Positions 54,801-63,814 of a DNA stretch of 64,000 nt are shown here, one piece after another; the stretch's first letter is position 1; each line of letters opens with the position of its first letter. The position numbers and the translations under genes were made by a program. The notes below the pieces were generated by a model. That model did not search any database. It worked only from the letters and a program-made list of their open reading frames with translations, and was not told the DNA's origin. This DNA is from a virus (Duplodnaviria; Caudoviricetes). The DNA lies in IMG/VR virus record IMGVR_UViG_3300042691_041259, positions 64,001-128,000 of that record; one strand, written 5' to 3'.

Positions 54801-55394
54801 CCATACTCCAGCAGCGGCAGCAATAATTGCCGAAGTGTTAAGCGGGTACCAATACCAGTCAGGTCCTGTCCACGATCCGCCATCAACATCTAAATAATAC
54901 GGAGATTCTACGTAGTATTCAGATGGTTGGCCATCAATTGCTGTAGCCGATCCGCCTTCTGCTAACGGTGTAGGATCGGGAATATCCAAATACTTCCACC
55001 ATCCAAGCTGATTGTTATCAAAATAGAGCTGACCGTGAACTACTGGAAGCGATGTTGGTCCAGTTCCCCAAGGACCCCATGCATTAGGACCCGTAGTCAG
55101 AAATTCATAAGATCTGTCATTATACGCTGGCGGCGGGAAGAGTACACTGCCTGATGGTGTCACCAAGCTACCGGTGGTACTAAAAGGTATAATCTGTGTG
55201 GAAGGACCAGTAGCGCCAATCGGTCCAGAAGGACCTGTTGCGCCCTGTTTACCAGGAAGCCCGGGAATTCCCTGTTCTCCGCGAACTCCTTGTGGACCTC
55301 CGTTTGACAATGAAATTGTTTGAAAATTTGCATTGAGTTTTGCAACCAGCGTTGATATACTATCGCTGTCGAGTATGTTTTGAAGTGTCAGCAT
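48831..55394 (-). CDS. Large tail fibre/structural protein with N-terminal collagen-like segment
   Basis: 2187 aa; LVAKLNANF start followed by about 11 Gly-X-Y triplets (GPQGVRGEQGIPGLPGKQGATGPSGPIGATGPS); G/T/S/Y/W-rich. Confidence 0.7.
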   Translation of the reverse strand: MLTLQNILDSDSISTLVAKLNANFQTISLSNGGPQGVRGEQGIPGLPGKQGATGPSGPIGATGPSTQIIPFSTTGSLVTPSGSVLFPPPAYNDRSYEFLTTGPNAWGPWGTGPTSLPVVHGQLYFDNNQLGWWKYLDIPDPTPLAEGGSATAIDGQPSEYYVESPYYLDVDGGSWTGPDWYWYPLNTSAIIAAAAGVWVSDRTNYLGLIASSAYNSPPGPPDPLTQAPFDIPNARMSSKFGTVWITSYDEDGGSTSDNETGLIYDWDYLNSPRLNSGIDRSLFKMSIDGPRYFDNMKARGFRTTDSGDIIYAPYTVGGNPVPLSGPSPLSPGANQNLFVQPLYNVSIDAYSPIVFFTNRGYTGTAVDSSTTLGYYQLSPADGTAGSIKIHNFTTRDGIDDFFNLGGNLTGSTNTGEMLFDVRRFMTSNQFMNMMPQDTESFTSLENDPTVAAYAPFDLRTGTTIMEWNTDYAWKVYQGYHSMFTGQMMIDGAISGNQQTYTGYDNWVYNNRQSWYGTSIYAELPDASDADVTSTQELVRSAGVMVRGKAGAGVIPASVSTDGVLIYTSNMPTGPTNYDTAADNNILQSLPIAYFSPLRNTGIGTVTMDRVGVFEPSARLHVHADWRPENEAQETITNYVEALESGPYTDEDKSWLSYTTWLPRRRMKAAAFTIERAQPGLIYDSNATGPYSDNPLYQTAPNTFSDWYNGGVFNDVLFGAVNPPASEPQVIGITTSVKSAAAIRYEALVYRSDSRTPTFANGYLENFGGRFGTPVDHYNPSRNGGWLHKGALRLGASPVGGGSVSGAANPPQEIGVDANYQSIEFSLSISPLSVDQTTDKYVGYAALSGIGMHTLYPRTRSHFFGKNGYKAFMFDEAATPGTVDGLNALPAVGEDYPLPSNFQISIDYIGEAYKYNAAIFDYAYDYGVTLSSPAVAYTPWSANVKNYPTREAASASGPTLATFNPTTNGSNLALAINTPGTTSNAIAAVHGGAYNAYFNPNKYIGFNLYRDLLGKGDSAGQDAGLDNIGVDGVANDQYASVWRTGAQGLPDSTGDVNIDGLYNRPYDANGGAAILADDEGRLGFAFIAAGRDGGSDYARWEQQGIGQREIVNSIKILFDSDGNIGIGNAPGLDENAYPALYRDPTTGYINYLGNAYPAVSGENPTATGPLSYSSNPSGVWVPGTTDYYGYANASYGPTYATPRQIAQINSQATLSENIRLEVAAEKAQSRIGHHIESRGYGYPGFFLSTGGTPSGTGGVITITDDANATWAKRYFGIDGTPTEALWSLAVHTFTFDNLGRIMSYTANFLGGWTDGDDILQYCPKVTLPHPTEFSSTGLYQPSYNTLTNGYPYFWANGTFSYTREVNGSVLDPFAEIWIPTSASAAILGSLIYNAGTTIATATFRREPLSSAVVRLNNFVLGDGYEFIRSNGDSTDITTVVDASSAATQEIYTARTASPKLLLTFGAPDYMTMESAASGLTSGEITNLINAGLAPLMKVTTVIDSAQTDASLRTYTIPKADNTGGTFLVVTDHMGNREQDQPGLANLYPTPSGGNPQRLRVDRVTAYEVQKVGLFSQATAGVYRFNQQNTADQFSYEMLPIQYVKLPGSPVYPHQWGIESGIYGINPLDPTQSVWAEVTRDLDLYWGIKSYNGDDISNFVNENGTQFNEDFINTNWSSGIRYRRLNENYVLFDFNITLEPRTVTFNNGAETLPLSGIIGTDGAGSNYEYYVHSPYAAGTYGQALQAFNPDGDGDQVVGGNWIGIDARWVQYIRFTYDISLDNDFDGLPNQIDPYFYERQFGGGANFGNWSEFRAWYPGTAVVGSDYLSDAGDPLPYSERNHWDNNNVIGTAYSTPNWDGSPYNRSGEGSNVIYNKDAIPLVSKTWTGRFTDWYWSTYQADPLLRPFSMAEWTQQIQDWNVAMAVTPNAFPDGVDPDSQDAGSAKVGLFGANPWQTAASAPGTYFPDTRIGLVYDQYFKKSLANVNGYKFLMKNWLQYVGTIDPAFDAHTVLVTVPQYFDAIVWRSFGEDAWNRNVNFQWRITPQYADEIGSTVSSGQQFNSIAIEIMFDKPIFLSGAKRNPISSSSGDWDQYVAGNNGAGGRPVPADSEYKWSDWDRDITLDVFDLTNGAYQTLIENKINAETRFWFNTNATTLDNGQEFVYPYAPFGSITLRGQNIVQYRKSYARSSF

Positions 55395-55426
55395 CTATGA
55401 TTTTCTATATTACTTTTTCTATATAT

Positions 55427-58400
55427 TTAGATCCTTTTAAGTACCGCGCTTATGGAATACGCATTAGCAGCTTTTGTATCTAGCGTTTTTTCCAAAGAAT
55501 AAACAAAGCTACTCTGTGAAGTATTTTTGAAATTACTATCTGTACGATATCCGGCAGCCAGTTTGTCCGCTTCTGTGAGTTCCAACTCCAACACGGGAAG
55601 ACCTTCTCCATTATTTGCGTATAAAAGTATCTGTGTTACTTCATACAGTGGAATGATATTCTTTTCAATATACTCAGACTTTAGTACATCAAGCTCTGCT
55701 TGCGTGTATGTAATATCTGAAATTCCAAGAGAATTAAACCATGCAAATTCATCAAAACTTCCTGACGCAAGAATTCCCTCAAGCAATGCGCGTTTTAATC
55801 GTGTTCTCAAGTCTAAGCGTATCTGTAACAGTGGGAATGTTTGAAGCGAATTATTTTCTACTGTATTTGGAGAAGCTATTGTGGTAACTCCAATAGATTT
55901 TTTAGGTTGTATTACCTCAAAATTAACTTCACCTTCTATAAAAGTTTGAAACTCAAATGTCTTTGGCACCGCCATTGCTTTACTTGCTAAAAACACTTTA
56001 GTCTCTAACATTTCTTGTGTTCCTGAAAGATCCGCATAACTAGTGGTAGTCCTATACTTTCTATAGAAAGAGGCATCCCACGAGCTATCCAATGCAGAAA
56101 GATTTCTCTTATCAATGGAAACTTCTCCTATTAGCGGATACAAACTTTTGTAAGCCGATGTTCTTGAAATTCGTAAAACTTCTTCGTCAGAAACTTTATT
56201 GTAAAAGTAGTTTCTCATAAGTCCGGCTACCGAGGATACACTATTGATATGCGTATTCTTCAAAACGTAATCAGTCTCAAAGTGACGTGTAAAGCTTTCA
56301 TCCTCTCGTGCCCAGAAGCTTATGACTTCATTAGTCTTTGGTTCGTATAATCCTCTGTGTCTAAATTCAAATTCCTGTTCTTTTGTTTTTGTTAAATCAT
56401 AGCCAATAAACTCTGTATTTTCATATTCCAATGGTTTATCCAGGTCATCGCTATAGAAGTATCTACTTAATTTTTTAATTTTATCAAATTCTACAAATTG
56501 CAATGAAAAATCAGGGTTTGATTGTATAACAGAACCTGTTGTTGTTATTTTCCTATGCAAAATGTAATTTGATTGTTGGTTAAACATTTTTGAAATTGAT
56601 GCAAAAGATATAAAGTTTTTCCGATACTGATAAAAAAGTGAGCCACCTCTCAGATTAAAAGTTTGGTATGTATTATATGTAGTATTGATGACAAAGTTTT
56701 GCGAAGCTGAAACATAAGGATACGGAGGATAGCTTGGAAGATTTGATGGTAGCGTTACAAAACCAACATTGGTACTTGTAGTGGCTCTTACATTTATATC
56801 TGTAATATCAGAAACTCTGAAAGATCTATATCTTTCAGGAGTACTAAACGCCAAATAGTCAAGTTTTATATCATCAGCAGCTGCGCGAGAATCATAAACA
56901 ACTATTGAGCTTCTACCATTATTAAATGTATTTTTGCTCGCTACTCCAATCTCACTAAGAAATCCGTCCACCGTCATGGAAGATGCATCATAAGAAAAAT
57001 CCTCTAAATTAGGGGAAGACGTAAAAAACGGAATACCATATCCTATTAGGAATGAGTATGTAGCGCCTACTCCTGTAGAAGTTGCAGCCGTGCTAAGAGT
57101 AATTGTTGACGTGGTTTTAGCAGTTATAGTAGTGCCTGTTGGTATTCCACTTCCATAAACCAAAGCCCCTATATATGCATTATTAGGGGATGATACTCCT
57201 GTTAAAAGATTGGAACCGGTAGTTCTGTTTGCGGTAAACGTATTGTTGAACTCGTCGTTCCATCCACCTAAATAGTAGTCAATTGAGGTTCTATAATTGT
57301 CAAGCGTAGGAAATACCTCTTGATAGACTGGGTAGTAGTTTATGGAAGTGTCTGCAAAAGGATACGCAGAAGTGCCGTCTGTAGTAGTCAGCGGCTGAAA
57401 TATGATTTTGGTAATTAGGCTTGCTGGATCTTCAAATCCTCCAACCCATGCCTTTCCACCAAGTTTTGTATCATCCAACTCTAGTCGCCCGCCTCCTAAA
57501 AGCAGTTGTCGAGGCCGCATGATATTAAATGCTTTAGGGATGTCTTCTGCGTAATAACTCCAAGGAGCAACACCACTATTATTGTAAAAATAATTTGATG
57601 TTACTAAATATCCAGGAGAGCGCGTTGGCTGGGTTGTATAAGGAACTTCCATTGGATACTTATTGTCAACCGCTTCAGGGCCTACGTTATCATAAACCGG
57701 TCTAAAGAACTCACTAAAGGCTCCATATCCACCAATTGATTGCGTTTGCATTGAATTACGAAGCTGATCAATTGCGTAATAGAAAAATGAATAGTCTCCA
57801 AGACCAGCTTGCAATCTGTAGTCCTGTACGTGTATTGTAACTATGATTAAAATAGTCTTAAACAATTGGTTATCAATCACCTCAATATCGATAGGCTTCT
57901 CTTCTTCAAAATTGCCATGAGTAACGAATCTTGCAATGGAAGCAAATTTATAGAGATCAAATCTTTTAGATTCGTTAATCGGTGTTTTTGGAGTAACTGT
58001 AGTATCATAGTCAACCACATTGATCTTGGCACCTCTGAAAAGAGTCTGTGACAGGTCTAATCCGTTTATGTATTTGAAGAACGTGTATCGCTCTTCTCGG
58101 TTCTTTGGAACTTCTAATTTTTCCTGTGATATTTCATTTGGATAGCCTACAACAAAGTATTTCGTAAACCAGTCCTTAGTGTTATCAGTTGTTAAAAGCT
58201 CATACCAACTTTTATCCTGGTAAGCAATATCACTTAACTTCTGAAAGAAATAAGAACGTGATCCTTCAAGAGTTTCTTCAGGAAAATCTTTAGGGACGTT
58301 ATCCAGGTAAGGAAATTCATGAGTTAACAAAAGAGGCTCTGTAAAGTCGACTTCAGGATCTGGAGAAAAGTTTGTAATACCAAAAGCTGAAGAATTGTTA

Positions 58401-61400
58401 AGTCTATAATAGTTATCACGGGCATCTGTTCCTTCCTGCACCCATTTAAGTATGCTTGGCACTACCTTAGATTTTACAGCCAGATCTTTTTGCTGGTTTT
58501 CACGAAGTCTGTCATATTCAGAAAGCAACATTTGATATGTAAACTTTTCAAAGGACTGGTCATCGGAAAATCTTCCAATTGTTTCCAAGTCGTCGGCTGT
58601 TAAAAAGTCGGTCAAACTAGAAAATCCAGCAAATCTAGTAATGTTTGTATCTTTGTAATAGTTAGAGCCTTGTACCCGTATTTTGTACTTAATTGCCGTT
58701 GTGGGATCATCACTAGTATTATAGTCGCCCCATACATTTATTGCTGAAATACGTGCTTTGGTAAAAAAGCTCTCGTTGGTTCCATCCGTGTGTAAGAGTT
58801 TTCTTACAAAATTACGTGTACCTACTGCTGTATATTGTGGGCCTTTATTATCTTGTCCTGGATTTGCTCCTTGCGGATTCGCCGCATTAAACGGTCCTAA
58901 CGGTGGAGTCGCATCCCCTAAATAATCATTTGGAATTTCTAATACATCGTAAAAATAAGGTGGATATGTTGTATTCATCATTAATGTCTGCAAGCTTTTT
59001 GCTTGCTCGACATTATTTGCAATAGGAGTGGATCCGGCAAGCGGATCAATGTGAAGTATTGATACCGTTCGATCTACAAATTTCCATTTTTTATCATTAT
59101 TGTCAAAGAATTCAATATCCAATTCCAAATTGATAGTATCCAATGGAGAGCCTGTGTAATCTTCTACTATGATAGAAACATCATAATTTTCTCCCATATT
59201 AAGATTGATAGGATCTGTAAAATTTAAAGTTCCTGCCGAAAGAGCTGCTGTAAGAGAAGACGCAAGAGCGGGCTTACTTATTTTAATAGACCCAAGCGCT
59301 GGTAAAACAGCTGGAGTTACTTCTATGATTGTAGTATCTGCTTGTATATACGGTCCGCCAACTGCAAAAGTTGAATCTCTTAAAGGCATTCCTACAAAAA
59401 GATCATTTGGAAACGTAATATTGTTTATGATATCTGAACCGTTAGTCACATTACCAACAAAAGGAACAAACACAGAGCCTACCTCTTCACGATTAAAATA
59501 CCGTAGCAACTCTATAGTTGGTGCATAAGAGTACTCGGAGAAGTACGTATCCACATCAAATGTTTTGATTGGGAGAAGCGAAAATATACCAAAAGTTGGT
59601 CGATAGACTTGGTATGCCACTACTTTTTTATCCAATGTGTAGTAAAACTCATCTCGATCTTTGTCAATTTGGATGATTGAATAAATGTTATAGTCTGAAA
59701 AGTCAGAATTTTCCAAATACGGCAAAGAATATACATATTTTCCTTGCACATCCCAGCCTCTCAGTCTCGAGTAATTTCCTTTTTGCACCTGGAACCACTG
59801 TTGATAGACTTCTTTATCATTTGTTATTGATATTTCCCCCGCTTTAAAGGATACACTGGAAGCGGTTTCAGTTGCATTTTTGCTAATCACAACCGTTGAG
59901 GTATTTTCTCGAAGCTCTAAAATTACAGAGCCGACAGAAATTCCGGATCCACTAATAGGAGCCCCTACATATAGACTGTTAGGAAACGTTACAGATGTTA
60001 TTTGATCAGAAGCCAAAGCAATTGAACCGATAAAATTTGTATTTCGATCCGAATAGTATCTCTTGCCATCTTCAAAAGAAATTGCTGCTCGCGCTCTATT
60101 TCTTCTAACTCCACCAACAAAATACTGGCTGAGATGATCAGTGCCCCACTCAAAATGAATTAAAGCTGAAAAATTACCAGTTCCTGCTAGATCTATGCTA
60201 AATTCATCTATTTTAAGAACTGTAGAATCTGCAGGTGATATGTAAGTTGTGGAAGTTCCAGTCACATACGGATTATACGGATCAACGCCTTTTCTAATGT
60301 TAACCGACCATTGATCTGGAGTTGTAGAAATCTGTGTAGATGAGATAAAATAGTCAGAAACCGTATAAACTGGGGTGTACTCTTTCATTTGGAAAGAGAG
60401 TTCCGGAACGCTTGCGGTGGTTATTGCCAAATCAATATCGGCAGAAAGCGCAGCGCCTCCAATTAAATCTTTATCAATTGTTACTGTATCGGTATCTGAA
60501 TAACCGAATCCTCCATACGCAATAGTTACCGAGCTAATTGATCCTGTTCCATCTACAACAATATCAAAATTGGCAGCAACGCCACCTATAGGCGAAACAC
60601 TTGATGGTACATCATAATAAGAGCCCGTTGTATAACCGTTTGCTGTTGAAGTAATTCCAGTAATGCTATCAATTCTGCCTGTCAGTACATCTGCTGTAAA
60701 GCTTCCACGATTAGCGTTTCCTTTCTCGTAAAAGCCAGTGTTTCTTGGAACACTGATATTTTCTTTAAGCCGTCTTTTAATAGTGATTTTGTTTCCGTTC
60801 TCAAAATTCTCAAGAGATTTTATGTAAACGGAATCTCCTAGCGATTCTGCCTTTACAATGCAGTATTCAAAGGAATTGATACACTGTGCAATTGCTTGCG
60901 CAACCTGTGCTGGTGTACCTCTATTTGAAAATGTATTCTTATAGTCTCGCGTTTGTGGGTCATATACAGGATAGTCCCAGCCTTCTCCTGGAGAAAGGCC
61001 TACGGGATTTGCTTCAAGAATCCATTTGTATTGAAGATACTCCGTTTCACCATAGCACTCCAAATCTGTATTTAATCCGACAACACGATTTTGTGAAACA
61101 ATGTTTCCATTTTGCACACGAACCTCAAAAGAGTCTCCTACAGTAGGAGACCCTAGAAATTTGACAACCAAATAACTATCCACCCATGATGGTGAATTTG
61201 TTCCAGTAAACCCGGTAGTAAGATAGTCTTCTGGTAGAGATCCAAATACGCCAGTATCATTTTTCTGAACATCGTATTCTATATCGCCTCCTGGCGTGTT
61301 GATGATAGTAATTCTATAGTAATAGTCTCTCTGCTCCGAGCTGAGTTTTTCCAAAGAAATTTCAAAAGTTTCGTAATCGGCTATTGGCGTTTCATTTTTT

Positions 61401-63814
61401 AATATGTCTTCAATAACCATTACTACCTGTGAGTTTCCTCCGGGTAGAAGATCCGCATTACTTTGCGAAGAGATCTGTGTTATGCCTCCATAGTCGCTGA
61501 TGTTTTCTTGATTGTCAAATAGCTGTAATTGCGTAACTCTTTTAAAACTTGGAGATCCTGGAGTTCCATAATTTAATTCTTGAAGTTTATTGACTCTCTT
61601 AAAATTTCCAAATCGATCTTTTACATAAAAAAACCGAAGAGGATCATCCACCATTGAAGGCAGAGGAAACTTCCCATTTACAAATCCCGTGTACTCGGGT
61701 GTTGCTGAAGTGTTAATTGTTCCATCCGCCGGATTATGAAAATAGTCTACTGGCAGTTGTATGCCATTTGCGTTTGTTTGTACAAAAGGTTGAAGATTAT
61801 ACGGCTCTCCGTCAAGACCTAATTTTGGCAAAGGTGTTTGACCACTTATAGCGCCTAGAATTTCAGGAACAATTTCAAACTCTGCAAGCTGATTTTCTGT
61901 TACATAAAATCCATAGTATCTATTGATAGAGTACGGGGTTGCTTCCGTGTCATTAAACAAAAATTCCAAGTTGATTAGATTAGTACTAATTAAAGTATTT
62001 CTTTCAAAGCCGCTGGTAATAGTTTCCTCAAAATCGAGTATTCGATTGTCGCTTGTCCAAAAATCATTTAAGAATTCTCCTTTTCCAGTTATATTCCCAG
62101 TTGTGTAATCTATACCATACCATGTGGTAGGTGTGTCGGAACTAAAAGACACTTCAAGAGGTCGCTCTTTAAATCGTGGATCATCTACAATTTTTCTAAG
62201 ATACGTACCAAGCGGTGAAGACTCTCGCAAATCAAAAGTTTTAACAACTCTAGCGTCCTTAAAGAACTCTTGAAACTTTTCCGGATTTGTAGAATCGTGA
62301 TATGTAAGAGGGTTCAGCGGATGATCCAATCTAAATATCACAAAGAATTCCGGCAATTGTTTTCTCATCCAAAGAGGCGCCAGGAAAGTATAGTCTTCGT
62401 CATAGAATTTACTGTTTAACTGTTCTATGCCGTAATTGTAAAAGTTATCATATTGTTCGCTTAGCGATCTTTTTGTATTAAGATATTGATCATCCTTTTG
62501 ATACAGCTGATACAGTAGCTGTGGAGACAGTTTTCCTTGATCTAAGAAATAAAAGAGATCTCTTTGAAAAGTTGAATTTGAACTTATAGCGTATTTCTTA
62601 AATCTCGAGTTTGAAAGCTCCTCTGACGCATTAATAGAATTAAGCCATAAGGCTCCGCCAGAATCCACAGTAAGTTTAACATTACCTGTAAGCTTTGGAT
62701 TTGTCTTAAGTACACCATATGAAGTAAGGTCATCATAAATTTCCGACCCTGTATTAGGAAACTCATTTTGATAAGTTGTGCGCGTAGTTTTTACATCCGT
62801 TTCCGGGTAACCAAAAAGATGTAATTCGTGATAGTCAACTAAATGCTCTGTTGCAAGATCCGCTTGGGCCAATTTTTGTCCATAATTAACAGTAGCTCTT
62901 GCAATTTCTGCAGACATAGTTGGATCTGCGTCCCAAACAAAAGGAGCGGTAGCTGATGAATCTGTTTTTGCTATTAAAAAGTTTATCTTTAAATGCGAAT
63001 TGGCAACACCATCATAATCTATTCTGTAAGTTATTCTAGGAGGATTTGGATCAATCGTATTTTTTCGATAACTTGACCAAGGATTAACGACCCCTGAAAC
63101 AATTCTAGTAAAATAATCCGTGCTTGCTGGCCAATCATCGGTAGGCGTTTGGCCATCAAATTGATTAGGCCCTATTGGCGATGGATTATAGTATACTGGA
63201 GGAGCGCTTATCAAACTTTGTTCTGCAACGACTGCTGCGCTAATTTGATTGATTTGCCAATTGTTGTCCTCTTTCCAGTTACCAATTTGCATTAAAAAGC
63301 CTTCTCCTTGAATTTGGTCAATGCCAGAGTATGCCGAATCTATTGCAATGTAATAATAATAGGTTCCACTGATAAGATATCTGCCTTTTTCAACAACTTT
63401 TGATTGGAACCTCATAACATTTATAGGTCCTGCATATGATGACGCGGTTGATAAACCCGGAGGGGTTCTAGCGTACATAGAGACCGTTTTTATATCGTCT
63501 CCAATTTGAATAGCTTCCCATGAAGCCTTTTCAAAGGCTTTTCCAGTTTTTGCAAATTCGGAAAAATAGAATCTAAATTGAGTAGGCTCTGGCTGAGGCA
63601 TTGGCGACTCTGGAATCACGGTCATGGCCTCAAATTTCGATTCAAAAGTCTGTGGCTGTATGTATGGAGAAGCCCAAAGAGTTTCACCGTCAGCCCACGC
63701 GGTGCCGGTTGCAGGGTCCGGATCATTTGCCTCTATGCTAAGAAAAAGAGTTGTTCTGCCTTGCACAACAACCTCTTTCTCAAAATTTACTCTGTAGAAA
63801 TTTGAATTACGCAT
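55427..63814 (-). CDS. Very large structural (baseplate/tail-associated) protein
   Basis: 2795 aa uninterrupted; three internal beta-rich repeats; TAATG-coupled to the upstream gene. Confidence 0.65.
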   Translation of the reverse strand: MRNSNFYRVNFEKEVVVQGRTTLFLSIEANDPDPATGTAWADGETLWASPYIQPQTFESKFEAMTVIPESPMPQPEPTQFRFYFSEFAKTGKAFEKASWEAIQIGDDIKTVSMYARTPPGLSTASSYAGPINVMRFQSKVVEKGRYLISGTYYYYIAIDSAYSGIDQIQGEGFLMQIGNWKEDNNWQINQISAAVVAEQSLISAPPVYYNPSPIGPNQFDGQTPTDDWPASTDYFTRIVSGVVNPWSSYRKNTIDPNPPRITYRIDYDGVANSHLKINFLIAKTDSSATAPFVWDADPTMSAEIARATVNYGQKLAQADLATEHLVDYHELHLFGYPETDVKTTRTTYQNEFPNTGSEIYDDLTSYGVLKTNPKLTGNVKLTVDSGGALWLNSINASEELSNSRFKKYAISSNSTFQRDLFYFLDQGKLSPQLLYQLYQKDDQYLNTKRSLSEQYDNFYNYGIEQLNSKFYDEDYTFLAPLWMRKQLPEFFVIFRLDHPLNPLTYHDSTNPEKFQEFFKDARVVKTFDLRESSPLGTYLRKIVDDPRFKERPLEVSFSSDTPTTWYGIDYTTGNITGKGEFLNDFWTSDNRILDFEETITSGFERNTLISTNLINLEFLFNDTEATPYSINRYYGFYVTENQLAEFEIVPEILGAISGQTPLPKLGLDGEPYNLQPFVQTNANGIQLPVDYFHNPADGTINTSATPEYTGFVNGKFPLPSMVDDPLRFFYVKDRFGNFKRVNKLQELNYGTPGSPSFKRVTQLQLFDNQENISDYGGITQISSQSNADLLPGGNSQVVMVIEDILKNETPIADYETFEISLEKLSSEQRDYYYRITIINTPGGDIEYDVQKNDTGVFGSLPEDYLTTGFTGTNSPSWVDSYLVVKFLGSPTVGDSFEVRVQNGNIVSQNRVVGLNTDLECYGETEYLQYKWILEANPVGLSPGEGWDYPVYDPQTRDYKNTFSNRGTPAQVAQAIAQCINSFEYCIVKAESLGDSVYIKSLENFENGNKITIKRRLKENISVPRNTGFYEKGNANRGSFTADVLTGRIDSITGITSTANGYTTGSYYDVPSSVSPIGGVAANFDIVVDGTGSISSVTIAYGGFGYSDTDTVTIDKDLIGGAALSADIDLAITTASVPELSFQMKEYTPVYTVSDYFISSTQISTTPDQWSVNIRKGVDPYNPYVTGTSTTYISPADSTVLKIDEFSIDLAGTGNFSALIHFEWGTDHLSQYFVGGVRRNRARAAISFEDGKRYYSDRNTNFIGSIALASDQITSVTFPNSLYVGAPISGSGISVGSVILELRENTSTVVISKNATETASSVSFKAGEISITNDKEVYQQWFQVQKGNYSRLRGWDVQGKYVYSLPYLENSDFSDYNIYSIIQIDKDRDEFYYTLDKKVVAYQVYRPTFGIFSLLPIKTFDVDTYFSEYSYAPTIELLRYFNREEVGSVFVPFVGNVTNGSDIINNITFPNDLFVGMPLRDSTFAVGGPYIQADTTIIEVTPAVLPALGSIKISKPALASSLTAALSAGTLNFTDPINLNMGENYDVSIIVEDYTGSPLDTINLELDIEFFDNNDKKWKFVDRTVSILHIDPLAGSTPIANNVEQAKSLQTLMMNTTYPPYFYDVLEIPNDYLGDATPPLGPFNAANPQGANPGQDNKGPQYTAVGTRNFVRKLLHTDGTNESFFTKARISAINVWGDYNTSDDPTTAIKYKIRVQGSNYYKDTNITRFAGFSSLTDFLTADDLETIGRFSDDQSFEKFTYQMLLSEYDRLRENQQKDLAVKSKVVPSILKWVQEGTDARDNYYRLNNSSAFGITNFSPDPEVDFTEPLLLTHEFPYLDNVPKDFPEETLEGSRSYFFQKLSDIAYQDKSWYELLTTDNTKDWFTKYFVVGYPNEISQEKLEVPKNREERYTFFKYINGLDLSQTLFRGAKINVVDYDTTVTPKTPINESKRFDLYKFASIARFVTHGNFEEEKPIDIEVIDNQLFKTILIIVTIHVQDYRLQAGLGDYSFFYYAIDQLRNSMQTQSIGGYGAFSEFFRPVYDNVGPEAVDNKYPMEVPYTTQPTRSPGYLVTSNYFYNNSGVAPWSYYAEDIPKAFNIMRPRQLLLGGGRLELDDTKLGGKAWVGGFEDPASLITKIIFQPLTTTDGTSAYPFADTSINYYPVYQEVFPTLDNYRTSIDYYLGGWNDEFNNTFTANRTTGSNLLTGVSSPNNAYIGALVYGSGIPTGTTITAKTTSTITLSTAATSTGVGATYSFLIGYGIPFFTSSPNLEDFSYDASSMTVDGFLSEIGVASKNTFNNGRSSIVVYDSRAAADDIKLDYLAFSTPERYRSFRVSDITDINVRATTSTNVGFVTLPSNLPSYPPYPYVSASQNFVINTTYNTYQTFNLRGGSLFYQYRKNFISFASISKMFNQQSNYILHRKITTTGSVIQSNPDFSLQFVEFDKIKKLSRYFYSDDLDKPLEYENTEFIGYDLTKTKEQEFEFRHRGLYEPKTNEVISFWAREDESFTRHFETDYVLKNTHINSVSSVAGLMRNYFYNKVSDEEVLRISRTSAYKSLYPLIGEVSIDKRNLSALDSSWDASFYRKYRTTTSYADLSGTQEMLETKVFLASKAMAVPKTFEFQTFIEGEVNFEVIQPKKSIGVTTIASPNTVENNSLQTFPLLQIRLDLRTRLKRALLEGILASGSFDEFAWFNSLGISDITYTQAELDVLKSEYIEKNIIPLYEVTQILLYANNGEGLPVLELELTEADKLAAGYRTDSNFKNTSQSSFVYSLEKTLDTKAANAYSISAVLKRI

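Noticed and set aside
55200-55300. GC-rich quasi-repeat that looked like a non-coding repeat
   Set aside because: It encodes the Gly-X-Y collagen-like segment of the 2187-aa protein.
1132-63805. Numerous plus-strand and nested 60-170 aa ORFs in the track
   Set aside because: They are antisense or alternate-frame shadows of well-supported minus-strand genes and have no recognisable motifs or start context.
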